Assembly: GCF_009914755.1 (NCBI RefSeq)
Contig: NC_060931.1
Length of the DNA stretch: 64,000 nt
Reading direction: 5' to 3' (one strand)
Source of the DNA: the human T2T-CHM13v2.0 reference genome, Homo sapiens
In this document: positions 45,411 through 59,538 of the stretch, piece after piece
Layout of the letters: each line of letters begins with the position of its first letter
Numbering within the stretch: position 1 is the first letter of the stretch
Notes under the pieces: generated by a model
Told to the model about the DNA's origin: nothing
The model's database searches: none
Seen by the model: the letters and a program-made list of their open reading frames with translations, nothing else
Program-made: the position numbers and the translations under genes

Positions 45411-47594
45411 TTTTTTTTTTTTTAACTTTAAGTGCTGGGATACATGTGCAGAACGTGCAGTTTTGTTACATAGGTATACACGTGCCATGGTGGTTTACTG
45501 CACCCATCAACCTGTCATCTATATTAGGTATTTCTCCTGAGGCTATCCCTCCCCTAGCCCCTCACCTCCTGACAGGCCCTGGTGTGTGATGTTCCCCTCC
45601 CTGTGTCCATGTGTTCTCACTGTCCAACTCCCACTTATAAGCAAGAACATGAGATGTTTGGTTTTCTGTTCTTGTATTAGTTTGCTGAGAATGATGGTTT
45701 CCAGCTTCCTCCAAGTCCCTGCAAAGGACATGAACTCCTTTTTTATGACTGCATAGTATTCCATGCACATTTTCTTTTCCCAGTCTCTCACTGATGGGCA
45801 TTTGCGTTGGTTCCAAGTCTTTGCTATTGTGAACAGTGCTGCAATAAACATATGTGTCCATGTGTCTTTTAGTAGAATGATTTATAATCCTTTCGGTATA
45901 TACCCATTGATGGGATTGCTGGGTCAAATGGTATTTCTGGTTCTAGATCCTTGAGGAATTGCCACCCTGTCTTCCACAATGGTTGAACTAATTTACAGTC
46001 CCACCAACAGTGTAAAAGCATTCCTATTTCTCCACATCCTCTACAGCATCTGTTGTTTCCTGACTTTTTAATGATCGCCATTCTAACTGGTGTGAGATGA
46101 TATATCACTGTGGTTTTGATTTGCATTTCTCTAATGACCAATGATGATGAGTTTTCGTGGGTTTGTTTGGCCACATAAATGACTTCGTTTGAGAAGTATC
46201 TATTGATATCCTTCACCCACTTTTGATGTTTTTTTTTTCTTGTATATCTATTTGAGTTCTTCGTAGATTCTAGATATTAGCCCTTTGTCAGATGGATAGA
46301 TTGCCAAAATTTTCTCCCATTCTGTGGGTTGCCTGTTCACTCTGATGACAGTTTCTTTTGCTGTGCAGAAGCTCTTTAATTACATCCCATTTGTCAATTT
46401 TGGCTTTTGTTGCCATTGCTTTATTGTTTTAGTCATGAAGTTTTTGCCCATGCGTATGCCCTAAAAGGTGTTGCCTAGGTTTTCTTCTAGAGTTTTTATA
46501 GTTCTAGGTCTTACATTTAAGTCTTATTCCATCTTGAGTTAATTTTTCTATAAGGTGTAAGGTATAAGGAAGGGGTCAAGTTTCTGTTTTCTGCATATGG
46601 CTAGCCACTTTTCCCACCACCATTTATTAAATAGGGAATCCTTTCCCCATCTTTGTCAGGTTTGTCAAAGATCAGATGGTTGTAGATGTATGGTGTTATT
46701 TCTCAGGCCTCTGTTCTGTTCCATTGGTCTATATATCTGTTTTGGTATCAGTACCATGATGTTTTGGTTACTGTAGCCTTGTAGTATAGTTTGAAGTCAG
46801 GTAGCATGATGCCTTCCGCTTTGTTCTTTCTGCTTAGGATTGTCTTGGCTATGTGGGCTCTTTTTTGGTTCCATATGAAATTTAAAGTAGTTTTTTCTAA
46901 TTCTGTGAGGAAAGTCAATGTTAGCTTGATGAGGATAGCATTTAATCTATAAATTACTTTGGGTGTTATGGCCATTTTCACGATATTGATTCTTCTCATC
47001 CATGAGCTTGGAATGTTTTTCCATTTGTTTGTGTCCTCTCTTATTTCCTTGAGCAGTGATTTGTAGTTCTCCTTGAAAGGATCCTTCACATCCCTTGTAA
47101 GTTGGATTGCTAGGTATTTAATTATCTTTGTAGCAATTGTGAATGGGAGTTCACTCATGATTTGGCTCTCTGTTTGTCTGTTATTGGTGTATAGGAATGC
47201 TTGTGATTTTTGCACATTGATTTTGTATCCTGAGACTTTGCTGAAGTTGCTTATCAGCCTAAGGATATTTGGGGCTGAGACGATAGGGTTCTCTAAATAT
47301 ACAATCATGTCACCTGCAAACAGACAATTTGACTTCCTGTCTTCCTATTTGAATACCCTTTATTTCTTTCTCTTGCCTTGATTGCCCTGGCCAGAACTTC
47401 CAATACTATGTTGAATAGGAGTGGTGAGAAAGGGCATCTTTGTTTTGTGCCCCGTTTCAAAGGGAATGCGTCCAGCTTTTGCCCATTCAGTGTGATATTG
47501 GCTGTGGGTTTGTCATAATTAGCTCTTATTACTTTGAGATATGTTCCATCAATACCTAGTTTATTGAGAGTTTTTAGCATAAAGTGGTGTTGAA
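45411..47594 (-). mobile_element. 5'-truncated L1PA7-like LINE-1
   Basis: ORF2p fragments 45543-47697 with stops and frameshifts; 3'UTR ATGTGCAGAACGTGCAG...; degraded TSD CTTCCAGGAGTTTC (45397-45410) / CTTCCACAAGTTTC (47598-47611). Confidence 0.92.
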
Positions 47595-48754
47595 AAACTT
47601 CCACAAGTTTCCAATTGCCTCTTAGCGACTGTGTGGTGGGTGGGTGGGAGAGGGAGTTCCTTGTGGAACTATTTAGAAGAAAAAGACACTTTCTCAAAAC
47701 ATCCTCATTATTGCCACACTTTTCCTTAATAATTTACCTAATTTTATATTTTAAGTTTTGTATATTATATCTTATTTCATTATTTCTTTCCACAGAAAGT
47801 TTTAGGAATGATGTATGATCATTTTATTATTTTCTACAACAAATTATTGTGTTGGAGTGTTTTTATGATTATTAACTAAAAATATATATAGTAAAGGGTT
47901 TGTTTTTCTTTACTTAATTGGCACATTAAGGAATATTTCCAGAAGCTGATTTGTAGTCTATCGATCCAAACAAATAAAAATAGAAAGCTCAACATTCTTT
48001 ACAACTGTCCACACATCAAATGGATTTGAACCTTTCTGTAGCCCTTTCTATTTGTTGTTCATTTATCTTGGATGTCAGGACTCTGTATTTGTAGGCGATG
48101 CTGTTAAATGTGGAATCATAACTGGTGCTTTCTATTTTAAAGTAAAGTATTTTTAAAGACTAAGATTAGTTTGAACTTCAAATTATCTTTAGATATAGAG
48201 AAGAAAATAATAAATATCTTGAACCTGATGTATAAAGTATTTTGTTTTGAATTGTGTTTTTGTTCCTCTAATGTAAAATATTAGCAAAATAATAATTGAT
48301 GAAAAAAAGCACCTGTTCAATTTATGTTTATCATCTTATACATCAGTTCATAACCCTATGTAATAAAATGTATGCAAAGATTGCATTCATGTAACATTTC
48401 TTGCACCATATTTTTAAAAACTGAAACATACCTCCTACATTTTATAGATCAATAAAGACTGTTTTTTCTCATTAATTTTTGAGATTCTGACTTGTGAATA
48501 GTTTCAGTAAATATTTATTGAGCCACTATTATTTGAAGAGGTTTTTTATTATATTAATGGTATTTATCATAGATACTTTAAATAACAATAAAATGCAATA
48601 AAGCATTATTGCTTCTTTATCTCAAATGACATAAATTTACATAACTGTACTTTAATTTTTAAAATTGTATTAAATGATATATGTAATAAATATATAATGG
48701 TATTATTTTCATCTCCAAAATCTGTGATATTATAATAAATAAATACTCAGGACC

Positions 48755-48910
48755 TAACAATAATAGATAGTCTGTATTGAGTACTTATAATGCAGGCCCT
48801 GTTAAAATATTTTCCTTCAGCAAAAACTCACTTCATCCTCAAAACAACCCTAGGAGATAGAGTTTTATAGATGGAGAGCCCAATCCACAGAGATTTTAGT
48901 TAATTCTTTA
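48755..48910. mobile_element. MIR SINE
   Basis: TATTGAGTACTTA...CATCCTCAAAACAACCCTAGGAG...TTTTATAGATGGAG. Confidence 0.55.
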
Positions 48911-49185
48911 AAATTTAAGTACGTTTTTAAAAGTCTCTCTTTTAATCAACTTGATTACTTGCCATAGTCAGAATCCTAACTTGAGCTACTTTAGGCATAT
49001 CTAAACTGGAGGTGATTGGCTTATCTGTGGAAGGACATGGATGTGTGATTTTTCTCTTGTGCCGTGAAATTAGGCAGCTCCCATGCTCATACTTGCCCAG
49101 CATTTGAACTAGAGAAAAAAGACTCTATTCCCATAGACTCAGCTTGATTGTTTGACTCCTCTTTCTCTTCTGTTCAGGAGATCCA

Positions 49186-49760
49186 TTGCTGACAGAGGAT
49201 GACTACAAAGCTGGCAGGGGGTTGTTTCACTTCTGACCAGATGGATGGGTTCCCTGCTTCAAAGGGATGGGTGCACTGCTGACATGGGGATGGGTGCACT
49301 ACTGAGAAAAGATGAGTACACTGCTGACAAATGTTGGGTACACTGTTGACAGACAATGAGTGCACTGCTGATCAGAAGAATGGTAGCACTGCAAACCGGG
49401 AGCATGGAGGTACTGCTGCAAGTGGGATGGGTGCACTGCTGGAAGGGGATAAGTGCATCGCTCACCAGATGGATGGGTGCACTGAAGTCGAGGGGATGGG
49501 TGTGCTTCTGACAGGGAATGGGTAAACAAATGACCATGGATGGTGTGTTGCTGACAGGGAATGGTTGCCCTGCTGAGAGGATATGGGTCAACTGCTGATA
49601 GGGGATGGATGCACTGCTGGAAGAGGAAGGGTACGTTGCTGACGAGGTGGATGAGTGCACTGTTGACCAGGGAATAGGTATGCTGCTGAGAGGGGATGGA
49701 TGTATTGTTTCACAGGGAATGGGTGCATTGCTGACTAGGTGGTAGGTGCAACTGCTGATA
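49186..49760. repeat. Degenerate ~22-24-bp tandem array, consensus near GGATGGGTGCACTGCTGACAGG, ~25 units
   Basis: GGATGG...GTGCAC...TGCTGA motifs recur at 22-24-nt spacing. Confidence 0.88.
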
Positions 49761-49799
49761 CTAAATTCCCCCTGAAGGAGCTGTCCACACTTTCAGTGC

Positions 49800-50780
49800 T
49801 GATGGTTTGACTGTTAACTGGATTTAATTCATCTGAGGAAAGGCTGGACTTGGTAAGGGAGAAAGTAGGCTGCATTCTGAAGCCACAATAAGTATTAGCT
49901 AGCATGCACAGAGAGAAGCCCTCTGATTGGATTTTGAGATTTTGTGATTAAGGGGGTCTGAATATAAGAATAGATGATCAGGCAAATTAGCTGCTATGCA
50001 TCCAAGAAGCCTACAGAAAATGCTAGTCTATGATAAGTGAAATAGCAATGCCTCCATTTTTCTGAGAACATAGTGAAAGGAAGAAAAAGGCTCAAAAATA
50101 CCATCATGCTACAATGTATTTATTAGGTGACATCAGAAGCCCCTCAAAGAATTTTAATCCCTGGGAGAGCCATAATCCTGCCAGTGATTTAAAGCTATCA
50201 AGAATACATAGGTATAAAGACACTGGCATTACTACAGCTAGGCCTGACCATACGAGAGGTGGACGCAGAGATGGGCTCATTAATATCCATGAGCATAGTG
50301 AGGCCTTGAAAAATATAGGTGAGGTGGCAGTGCCTAACTGCCAGAAATCAGGGGGATGAAAGTGATAGATATTAGCAAGGTTAGAGGAACAATCCCCAGA
50401 GAGTTATGAAGGGGATTTATAGGCTATACCATCCCTTGGGCAAAAGCCATGGTCGGCCAACAAGGGCACTGCTTAGCATCTACAATGAAAAGGCTTGATT
50501 AAAAGTCACAGTCCCTTCCTCAGATTCTAGACCTAAATTTTCAGTTTGAAACCCATAGTCTGAAGAGGTGACCAGATGCCCAGGAGGAAGGACCCTGCAA
50601 CATTTTAGCAAGTATATATTTTAATGATCCTCCCAGCCTTTCCCCAAAGGGACCTAGGGACATTGTTTACCCTCGTGACTGTACATTGAGAAAAGAGGAC
50701 TATTTACAGAACAATTAGGCACAAAGTCTTAATTGACATTGACATGTGATGAGCCAAAGCATCATCATATTCTCCCTCTC
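49800..50780 (+). mobile_element. ERVL (HERV16-like) internal remnant, gag/protease region
   Basis: 50580-50770 gives a broken ERVL-type protease peptide (RKDPAT...PQRDL..FTxVTVH*...LTL...PKHH); an LTR16-like element lies downstream on the same strand. Confidence 0.55.
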
Positions 50781-50794
50781 CTTTCACAGGTAGG

Positions 50795-51960
50795 AGTGCC
50801 ATGACGTTTCACATGCTAAAACCTGATCACCAATGTGATGGTTTTAGGAGGTGAAGCCTTTGGGAGATAATTAGGTCATGAGGTCTGAACCCTCAAAAAT
50901 GAGATCAGTGCTCTTGTAAAGAGGCCCCTGAAAGCCACCTTACCCTTTCTACCATGTAAGGACATGGCGAGAAGGTGCTGTTTTGAGGAAAACAGTCCTT
51001 GTCAGATACCTAATCTGCTGGCACCTTGATTGCAGCCTTTCTAGCCTCTAAATTTGTGAAAAATAAATTTTTGTTGCTAGATAGTGAGGTAGGACTTTTC
51101 TTGGCCCTTTTGTTGGACTCGTGACAAGGATGAATGTTTACTGGGCCTGCTGCACTCAACCCCTTGTAGGAGGGAGCCCATGAGCAAATGAGTGCAGGAC
51201 CAGGCCAGACACTCCAGGCGCTGGTAGAAGCAAGCTCCGTGCGGTGGTGCTCAAATAAGGGGCATGCCTGAGACCCCAAGACCCCAGAGGGGGTGTTACA
51301 ATGCTCCTTTAGTTCTGCTGTCTGTGGACGGCTGTGTGTTAACAGCTCAGTTGGCCCTTTGCCTCATCCTGTTGGGCGGTTTCCCTCTGCCATCAAGGGC
51401 AAAGGGCCGATGTGACAGCATTTTTTGGGTATCCACACTCAGTGGGTCCCGAGCTCTTGTCCAGCATCCAAGAAGAATGAGGTCACGCAGCCATTTGAAA
51501 GATGGTGAAGGTGAAGAATTTTATTGAATGGTGGACTGGCTCTCAGCGAAGAGGGTAGCTGGAGAGGGAATGGGAAAGGCAGATAGTTTTCCTTGAAGTT
51601 CATCTGTCCCTTCCCCGAACTCAAGCCATCTCATCTTCCCCAAAGTTTGGCCATCTTCTCTCCAAAGTCAAGCCATCTCTCCACTCTACTGACTGAGTCT
51701 GGTGTCTTTATAGGTGCAGGATAGGGGTGGAGTGGGCCATAGGTAGTTTTGGGAAAAGCAACATTTGATTGGTAAAAATGCATTATTCAGAAAGAACCAA
51801 TTGGGAGAGAATGAGCAAACAGGAATAGAAGTTCTCACTTTGGGCCACAGGTTTCAGGCTACTTTGGTTTGAAGGTGAGGTTTCACCAGGCACCCACCCT
51901 TTTATGCGTGGAATTTTCTTGCCTCTTGTCTCTCAATAGCAGCCCTAACGAACTAACACA
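50795..51960 (+). mobile_element. MLT1A-like MaLR LTR split by an ERV1 LTR
   Basis: CCAATGTGATGGTTTTAGGAGGTGAAGCCTTTGGGAG...AAATAAATTTTTGTTG up to 51084; terminus ATAGCAGCCCTAACGAACTAACACA resumes at 51936. Confidence 0.7.
51085..51935 (-). mobile_element. LTR1/LTR27/LTR28-like ERV1 solo LTR with 4-bp TSD
   Basis: TG...CA ends; TSD ATAG at 51081-51084 and 51936-51939; minus-strand CCAAT boxes, TATAAA and AATAAA-like signal. Confidence 0.75.
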
Positions 51961-51984
51961 TGAGGCTTGCAGAGGGCAAGAGAA

Positions 51985-52412
51985 CCTACTACAGGGAGCA
52001 GCTTTCTGACAGTCTCCAGCTACTTCCTTTTTGATCTACCACAGTGCTCACAACAAGGCTGCTTACCCTAGGCTGTCTCTAGCCAATGCCTAAACATGGA
52101 GAGGGACCTTAGAGCTGGCCCATTCCTGTCTGACATGGGACTCCTCCAGTGGATAACCCTTGCTTGAATACTCTGCACCAGGCTGGCTGACTTTCGTAAC
52201 TGGAACTGTGATACAAGAAATGTAATATCCAATTTTTTCTATGTTTCTTTCTTTCACAGTGGGCACACCTGAATCATATTCTGAAGCCACTCCATGTCTA
52301 CTCTGGCCCTCTCCCTCTTTATCTTTCACAGGCATTTTCCCTAATAGATCTCCAATATCTTGCACATCTAAAATTGCCTTGGCGTTGCTTCTTGCAGGGC
52401 CTGAACTGACAA
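51985..52412 (+). mobile_element. LTR16-like ERVL LTR
   Basis: CTAGCCAATG...GGCCCATTCCTG...ATGGGACTCCTC...CTTGCACATCTAA...GGCCTGAACTGACA. Confidence 0.6.
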
Positions 52413-52929
52413 CTACAAAATGGACTTTCTAATTCACAAAAATAAATGATAACACACAAAATAAAGGAAAAATGTATATGTGTCAGAGCTCAAGTAAAGA
52501 TTAAAATAAAATAAAATAAAATGACCTTGCAGATTGCATATTCATGGAATTATTTTTCCAAAAATGTAATGGGGCATTCTTAGAAAATACAATGGTGCTA
52601 GTCAGGCAGAACTGCTATCAAATGCTTTCTAACACTTTCACTTACAAACTGTATAATTTGGGTCAAGTTACTCGACACCGCTTAGCCTTAGCTTCCTCAA
52701 TTTAAAAATAGGCACACTAATAGTTAATAGAATAAATATTTGCTGTAAACACTAGTGGGGCCATAACAGTAATTTAAGGTCAGCATTAATGTTCAACCAA
52801 TTGTTATTTTTTCATAACCCCTTTACAGGACTGCTGAGAAAATTTAATGAAACAAAAGTTCAAAGTTTGAAGCATTGTACCTGATAAGAATGTAGTAAAA
52901 GCTCAGTTTACGTTAAAAACGAAAGATAA

Positions 52930-53397
52930 CAGTTTAAAGATGGCCACAACTTATTTGACATTCCTCCTATTGAGAAAGAGAATCTCTTTTCTATTCTCAT
53001 GAATCTGGACTGGTTTTTTACCTGCTTTGGTTAATAATGCAATAATAGTTTGCCAGTTCTTAGCCTAACTTCAATAGCACAGGCAGCTTATACCTTATAC
53101 CTCATCTATTAGAGACTACCATGTAATAAGCATGAATACCCTGAGACCACGATTTGTGAGGATCCATACAGAGAGAGGAAAAGAAACACTGAGGTGTCAA
53201 ACATGAGAGTAAAGAAGTCATTTTGAAAGTGCATCCTCCATCTCCAATTATCCCAGCCAACATCACATGGATCAGACATTAACCACCCAGCCTAGTCCTT
53301 CTCAACTTCCTGAATCGTGAAATCATGAGCAAAATACAATTGTTTAAAACCATTAAAGTTTAGGGTAGTTACTTAGGTAGTGATAGATAACTGAAAC
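52930..53397 (+). mobile_element. MLT1F/G-like MaLR LTR
   Basis: AAAGATGGCCACAA...TTTGACATTCCTCCTATTGAG start; GATAGATAACTGAAACA end. Confidence 0.6.
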
Positions 53398-55927
53398 AGC
53401 TTCTACTCAAAACTGAAAATGCAAAGGGGAATTAAAGAGTTGTGAAATAAATTTTAGAAGTTAAGACTGTTGGAGGCTGTTTCCTTGGACTTTATTTTGA
53501 TTTCGAGGAAAATAGCATAATTTTTCACAGCACCTGTTACTAAATAAACCAGACTGAACTGAATTTAAACCCTAACTTTGTCACTTGCTGAATGACTGTA
53601 AATTAAGTAAATTTCCCAGGCACAGTTTGCTTGTAAGGAAAATAGATATAGTCATAATTTCTAAGGTTATCATAAAGTTATAAGTGGCAAAATGTGAGCA
53701 CTTTTTTTTCCAGTACATTTTGTGGTATACAGCGTAGTTGATAGTCTCCATTAGCAAATGTAGTTGCTTAGTATTTTACCTCATCTATTTTGGAGTTTTG
53801 CATTTGAGCCTAGCCTCACAATTCCTACTTCATAGCCTATGCAACCTGTATTCAGAGTAATTCCAAATCATTCCTGAGATATAAAGGTGGTAGCAAAAGT
53901 GCTCCGTACACTATGTATCAAATAGACCATTGCCCACGTTCAAGGAAAAAAATCATAGGCTCTGCTGATTGCCCTTATAAATAAGTCGACTTGGAGACCT
54001 TGGATCCCTAGTACATAGTGCTGGCTTGTAAAACTTTAAGACAACAATGGTATCCTTTATAAAGACATGTTTTTTTTTCTTCCTTTGAATTTAGTTTCAG
54101 TAGCTCTACCAATGACCTCTGTCAATAAGGAATATATTACTTTTCAGATTTTGGCATCATTCAGAAATACAGTTCTGCCAAATATGTTTTAAGAAATCTG
54201 TCATGCCTGCCTCTATCAGATAGAGTCCACCAGGACATAGATATATACTTAAAATGGTTCTTAGAGAAGGTTTAATGAAATGATGGTTCATAAAGTTTGG
54301 GAAGAGGTTAAGGGATCCACCAAGACAGAGAAAACACAGAGATACTAGAAACTGTAAACTGTTGCCTCACCTACGGTTACAAAAGCAAGGCGATAGAAGT
54401 ATTTCCATCTTCCAACTGCCCTTGGGAATTTCTTTGGCAAATCCTAAACAGAAGCAGAGAACTGGAAAGGTCAGTTGATGCAAGACCATGCCATCAGCTT
54501 CCTGAGGCACAGAGAAAAGCAAGAAAAGAGCACATAATGAACCTCAAGGTCCAAGCCTAAAATAAGCAGCACACTGCCTGACTGTTGATTTCAACAGTAT
54601 TGTTAGCTTGTCTGCTCTGAATGATGGAACTCGGTTTGATGTTGAACAGCTGTCAAACTTGCCTGCCCTATTTATAGTCTATTGCCTTTTTCAAGTCAGC
54701 ATTCACTAAAAAAAAGAGTGAAAAATAGTCAAAATATGTAGATTATAGGGGAAACACTTCAAATAGAACTTCACTAGTAATTAGAAAAAGCAAATTGCTC
54801 TAACACATATATATATACGTTATAGTGCCTATCTCACTATAATAAGATATTATTTATACCCTTCAGGGCAGCAAAGTTTTCAAGTTTTGTATTACCGGGG
54901 GTTGGTATGGATCTGGCCCCAGGAACTCTGCTGCATTGTTGGTGGGAGTGTAAATTTTTTTATGTTAAAGACACTGAGAGAAATTTCATCCACTATAGTA
55001 ACATCCTCCAGTCATACTGGGATCAATAGAATTGGATTCCCTGTCTAAATCTGAAGGCCTATTCAGTGACAGGCTTCAGTAGGCCTTGCCCTCTCAGATT
55101 ACTCAGACCTATGAGCTCTGCCCTTGATTTCCAAGAGAGACAAACCTCTCCTCGGCAGCTCATCTACAGTTGTGATCTCCCCTCAACAGAGCAAGTAAAA
55201 CTCCAACTGGCACTCTTAATTTTAGCTTGCAAATAAATCACATCTTAGACAATCCCTCCAGGCACTAATCAACATGTGCTCAGGCCACGTCTACTCAGAA
55301 CACACTTTTCTGTTACAATACTTATTTGGGGGTGGAGAGAATTTTAGTGATTTCTTGTTGCTATTTTCTTCTTTGCATTTTTCTATATTGCTTAAACAAC
55401 TTATAATGAGCAGATATCATTTGGAAGCATGCAAACAAAACAAAATGAATAATAACAAACGGTGTTTATTCTTGAAATAATTTAAAGTTTTAAAAATAAA
55501 TGAATTATTTTCTTAAAGATGGGGGATCTCTGAGAAGAAAAAGTTTTTAAAAAGCAATTAGTTTGTAAATGAATTATGTTCATTTCCAGAGATAATTTGT
55601 AAACAATTATTATTCTCATTTTATAGAAAAACATATAGAAATTTTGAGTTGGAATGTAAATGATACTACTTCTAAGAATCCAAATGTTAAAATCTCAACT
55701 TTGAATTTTACATTTTAATAAAAAATACAAAACTCATTTGCACAAGTTCACTCATAGCAGAAAAAACAGCCACCAAAACCCAAGTCTCTCAAGTGAACAC
55801 ATTGAGTCTTAGGAGCCTTAGTATATATCTTTTAATATTAAATAATTGCCTTACTGACCTCTCTCTTTGATCTACCCAGATGATGTTTTTTATTGATAAA
55901 TGCTGATTGTTTTTTAACCTACAATAG

Positions 55928-56264
<337 letters not shown>

Positions 56265-57649
56265 TGAAATAGTCTTCTTTTCAAATATCAAGCATATAAA
56301 GCTTAGAATATGTTAGCATGAGTGAGTGGTCAACAATAAAATGATTTAGTTCTTTAGATTAGTTTAGAACACAGTTTTAATTTAATGGCCTCTTTATGTA
56401 TCTACCTAAATATGATATTTTTTAGGGAATATAATTGCTCTGATTAGGATTTTAAGAACCATCAGGACATAAATACTTGCATTGATTCTATGTGGCTTTC
56501 AAGAAAATTAACACACTCCATGCCAAACAGGACAGTGGTACTCAAATGTGAGTGAGAAGAAGACTTATCTGAAGTACTTATTAGACATGGAGACTCTTAC
56601 ACTTCACATCCAAAGAATCTGATTCATTGGCAGAGTTGGAAAATCTGTATTTTATGGAATGAATGAAACACAAGCCATTCTAATAGAAGGTGCCCGTGAG
56701 CGTAAGTTTATATAGAAGATAATACAGTGATATTTTCTTTTCCTATTATCTCACAAATATAACCAAGTTCTAAAACCATATAGATAAGTATATGTATAAA
56801 TTTACAGACATACATATACCTGTTTCTATTTTATCTATAATTTTTAATAGAAGCCATTATTCAGTTCTCTAATTTATGCCATAAAATTAAAAACAAGATG
56901 CACCTTTATATGCACAATGGGTCACTAATAGCTTCCAATTCTGGTCTACATTTCTATTTATATTGAGTTGAAGAGATATAAATAGCCTTTTCAATATGTG
57001 GTTTCATGGCTTCATGAGAAGGGTTTATACTAACATGAACAAGAAGAAGCTTACAAAAGAACATAGTAAGTTTAATAAATGTCATCATATGCACATCAAG
57101 GGTTTTGATGGCTACCACTAAATGATAATATAAATAATATTATTGGCTGTCCCTTTTCTGAATATTGACAAGGTACCATTTTGTTCTTAGGTTCATGGCA
57201 TGAATCAATGTTTCTTAGTCCATAAGAACAACATGAAACGTTTTCTGAAACATACAGTTAACAGTTTTCACCATACTTTTTTCATTCCATATGCAAAGGA
57301 CACAATGTGATGGTGTATCTTTTAAAAAAAAGCACCCAAGTGATTCTGTTGTGAATATAGGGAACTACTGGTCTTTAATCTTAGTACTCAACTGTTCCTA
57401 TTCTTTTCATCAATTACTTGATTACAGAACAGCGAATAATGATTTTTGAAATATCTAGGCCATAGATACAGAGATTTGAAAAGCGTTAGCAGGTGAATAA
57501 CATGTAGTAATCTTTCAAATGATAATCTAATTGAAGTTATATACTCTTTTCTTGAAATATTTAAAATATTTGGCATGCATGCTTTCATCAGTGTATCAAG
57601 CCCTATCCAGGGGCTTGAAGGGCCATCTGAAACCTACTCAAGTACATTC

Positions 57650-57890
57650 TAAAAACCATTGATTCTAGGTTAAAGAAACCTAGGCATAGCTGAAAATCTG
57701 AAGACCATGCCATTCAGGCAATCCTCTATAAACTTTACTTTTCACACTTGGGTGTGTCTGAAAACTACACATGTACATCATAAAAAATCATTGATTCTAG
57801 GTTAAGGACATGTAGGCATAGCTGAATATCTGAGGACCATGCCCTTCAGACAATCCTCCATGAACCCTATGTTTCACAATCAGGTGTTTG
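57650..57890. repeat. Two-copy tandem duplication, period 132 bp
   Basis: CATTGATTCTAGGTTAA at 57657 and 57789, followed by shared TAGGCATAGCTGAA, GACCATGCC and CAATCCTC. Confidence 0.9.
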
Positions 57891-58164
57891 ATAATGCTGA
57901 AGGAGTACATGATTGTAAATCCTGACAAGAAAACCTAAAATAGGTATGCTGCACTTACAAAATCAAGAACATTTTTATATACTTTAAAAAGTAGTTGGGT
58001 AGAGGGTGTTACTTTCTAAGTAAGACACTTAATTAAGACTCATGTGTAGGCGTTTGGCAATCCTACTTCTGCCCACAGGTCCCAATGAGGCATGCCTTCA
58101 GGCAGAGTCAGAACTTCCTTATACTATAGTTCTGGGTCTAATCCAAGTTATACAGCAATTCCAA

Positions 58165-58918
58165 TTTTTTTTTTGTTTTAAATTGACAGATAAATTCACC
58201 TAGTATGACATGATGTTTTGAAGTATATAGTCATTGCAGAATGACTAAACCTAGATAATTCTCATATGCATTATCTCACATAGTTATCATTTTTATGGCA
58301 AAAAATTACTTCGTGTCCAATCCCTTAGCATTTTTCAAGAATACAATATACACTCATTTGTCACTTAACCATGGGGATACATTCTGAGAAATGCGTTTCA
58401 GGCAATTTCATCACTGTGCAAACATCAGAAATTACTTATACAAACCTAGATGGTATAGCTTACAACACACTTGGGTTGTATGGTATAACCTATTGCTCCC
58501 AGGCTACTAACCTGTATGGCATATTACTGTACTGAATGCTGTAGGCAATTGTAGAACAATAGTATTTGCATATCTCAGCATATGTAAACATTAAAAGGGT
58601 ACAATAAAAATACATTATTAAATCATATGATACTATCATCCTATATGTAGTCTGTAACGGACCAAAACATGGCACAAGACTGTATTACTAACTATAGTTA
58701 CTGTATTGCACAGTAGATCTATTGAATGTATTCTTCTTAACTGAAATTTTGTATCCTTTGGCCAATATCTCCTCAACCCTCTGCTCCAAGCACCCCAGCC
58801 CCAGTAACCTTGATTCTACTCTCTATTTGTATGAGATCAACTTCTTTAGATTTCACAGATTAGTAAGATCCTGTGGTAGTTATCTCTGCCTTGCTTATTT
58901 GAATTAACATAATGTCCT
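58165..58918 (-). mobile_element. L1MA8/9-like 3' end; resumes at 61734-61790 after nested insertions
   Basis: CATGATGTTTTGAAGTATATA...CTTAGCATTTTTCAAGAATACAATA...AACATAATGTCCT, then GTCCTCCAGGTTCATCCATG. Confidence 0.75.
58351..58682. mobile_element. Tigger3a (MER7-type) DNA transposon with TA TSD
   Basis: GGGGATACATTCTGAGAAATGCG...ACAAACCTAGATGGTATAGC; TA at 58349-58350 and 58683-58684. Confidence 0.8.
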
Positions 58919-59538
58919 TGTAGTTAATTCTCATAATTTTATATTGTCTCAGCATCCATTTTGACTACAAGTTTTATTTTCTCGTACCAGAATCAGGACT
59001 CAATGACCCTTGATACAGTTTCCAGTTCTATACCATGCCCAAGTGGCACAAGCTGGTGGCTAGAGATGAAAACTTAGAGAAGTCTCCCCTGCCTCATTGA
59101 CTGGACTCCCAGCTTTTCCAGTTTAAGTGGCCCACATCCTATTCCCTTATATTATATACTTCCAGTTGCCACACGCTCTCTTTCTTTGTCTGACTCTTCA
59201 TTGCTTCCTTGCTTGACCTGAGGACTGAACACTGCCTTCCCAGCTCATTGTGCCCTCCTTGCCCAGGATCTGTAAACAAAAACTCTTTGAACTTGTTTTT
59301 TATTGAGGTGGTGTATTAAATTTTCACTTTCCATCTGAAGAATTAAAGGCTGCCCCAGCATCAGAGGGAATGGACGTGGGTCAGACTAGAGTCACAAGGG
59401 CATCTGCCAGTATAAACTCCTTGCCTATGTGAGGGAGGTCCTGGTCACAGGTTAGACAACTAAATATTAGGCTGTTTGCCAAGTAAAAGAAGCACTCCTT
59501 AAAAGGCTCACTATACACACTCACTTTTAGCTCTCTTT

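Noticed and set aside
49186-49760. CRISPR-like array or repeat-protein CDS
   Set aside because: Units are tandem and degenerate with no unique spacers and no cas genes, in a primate context; variable unit length breaks the reading frame.
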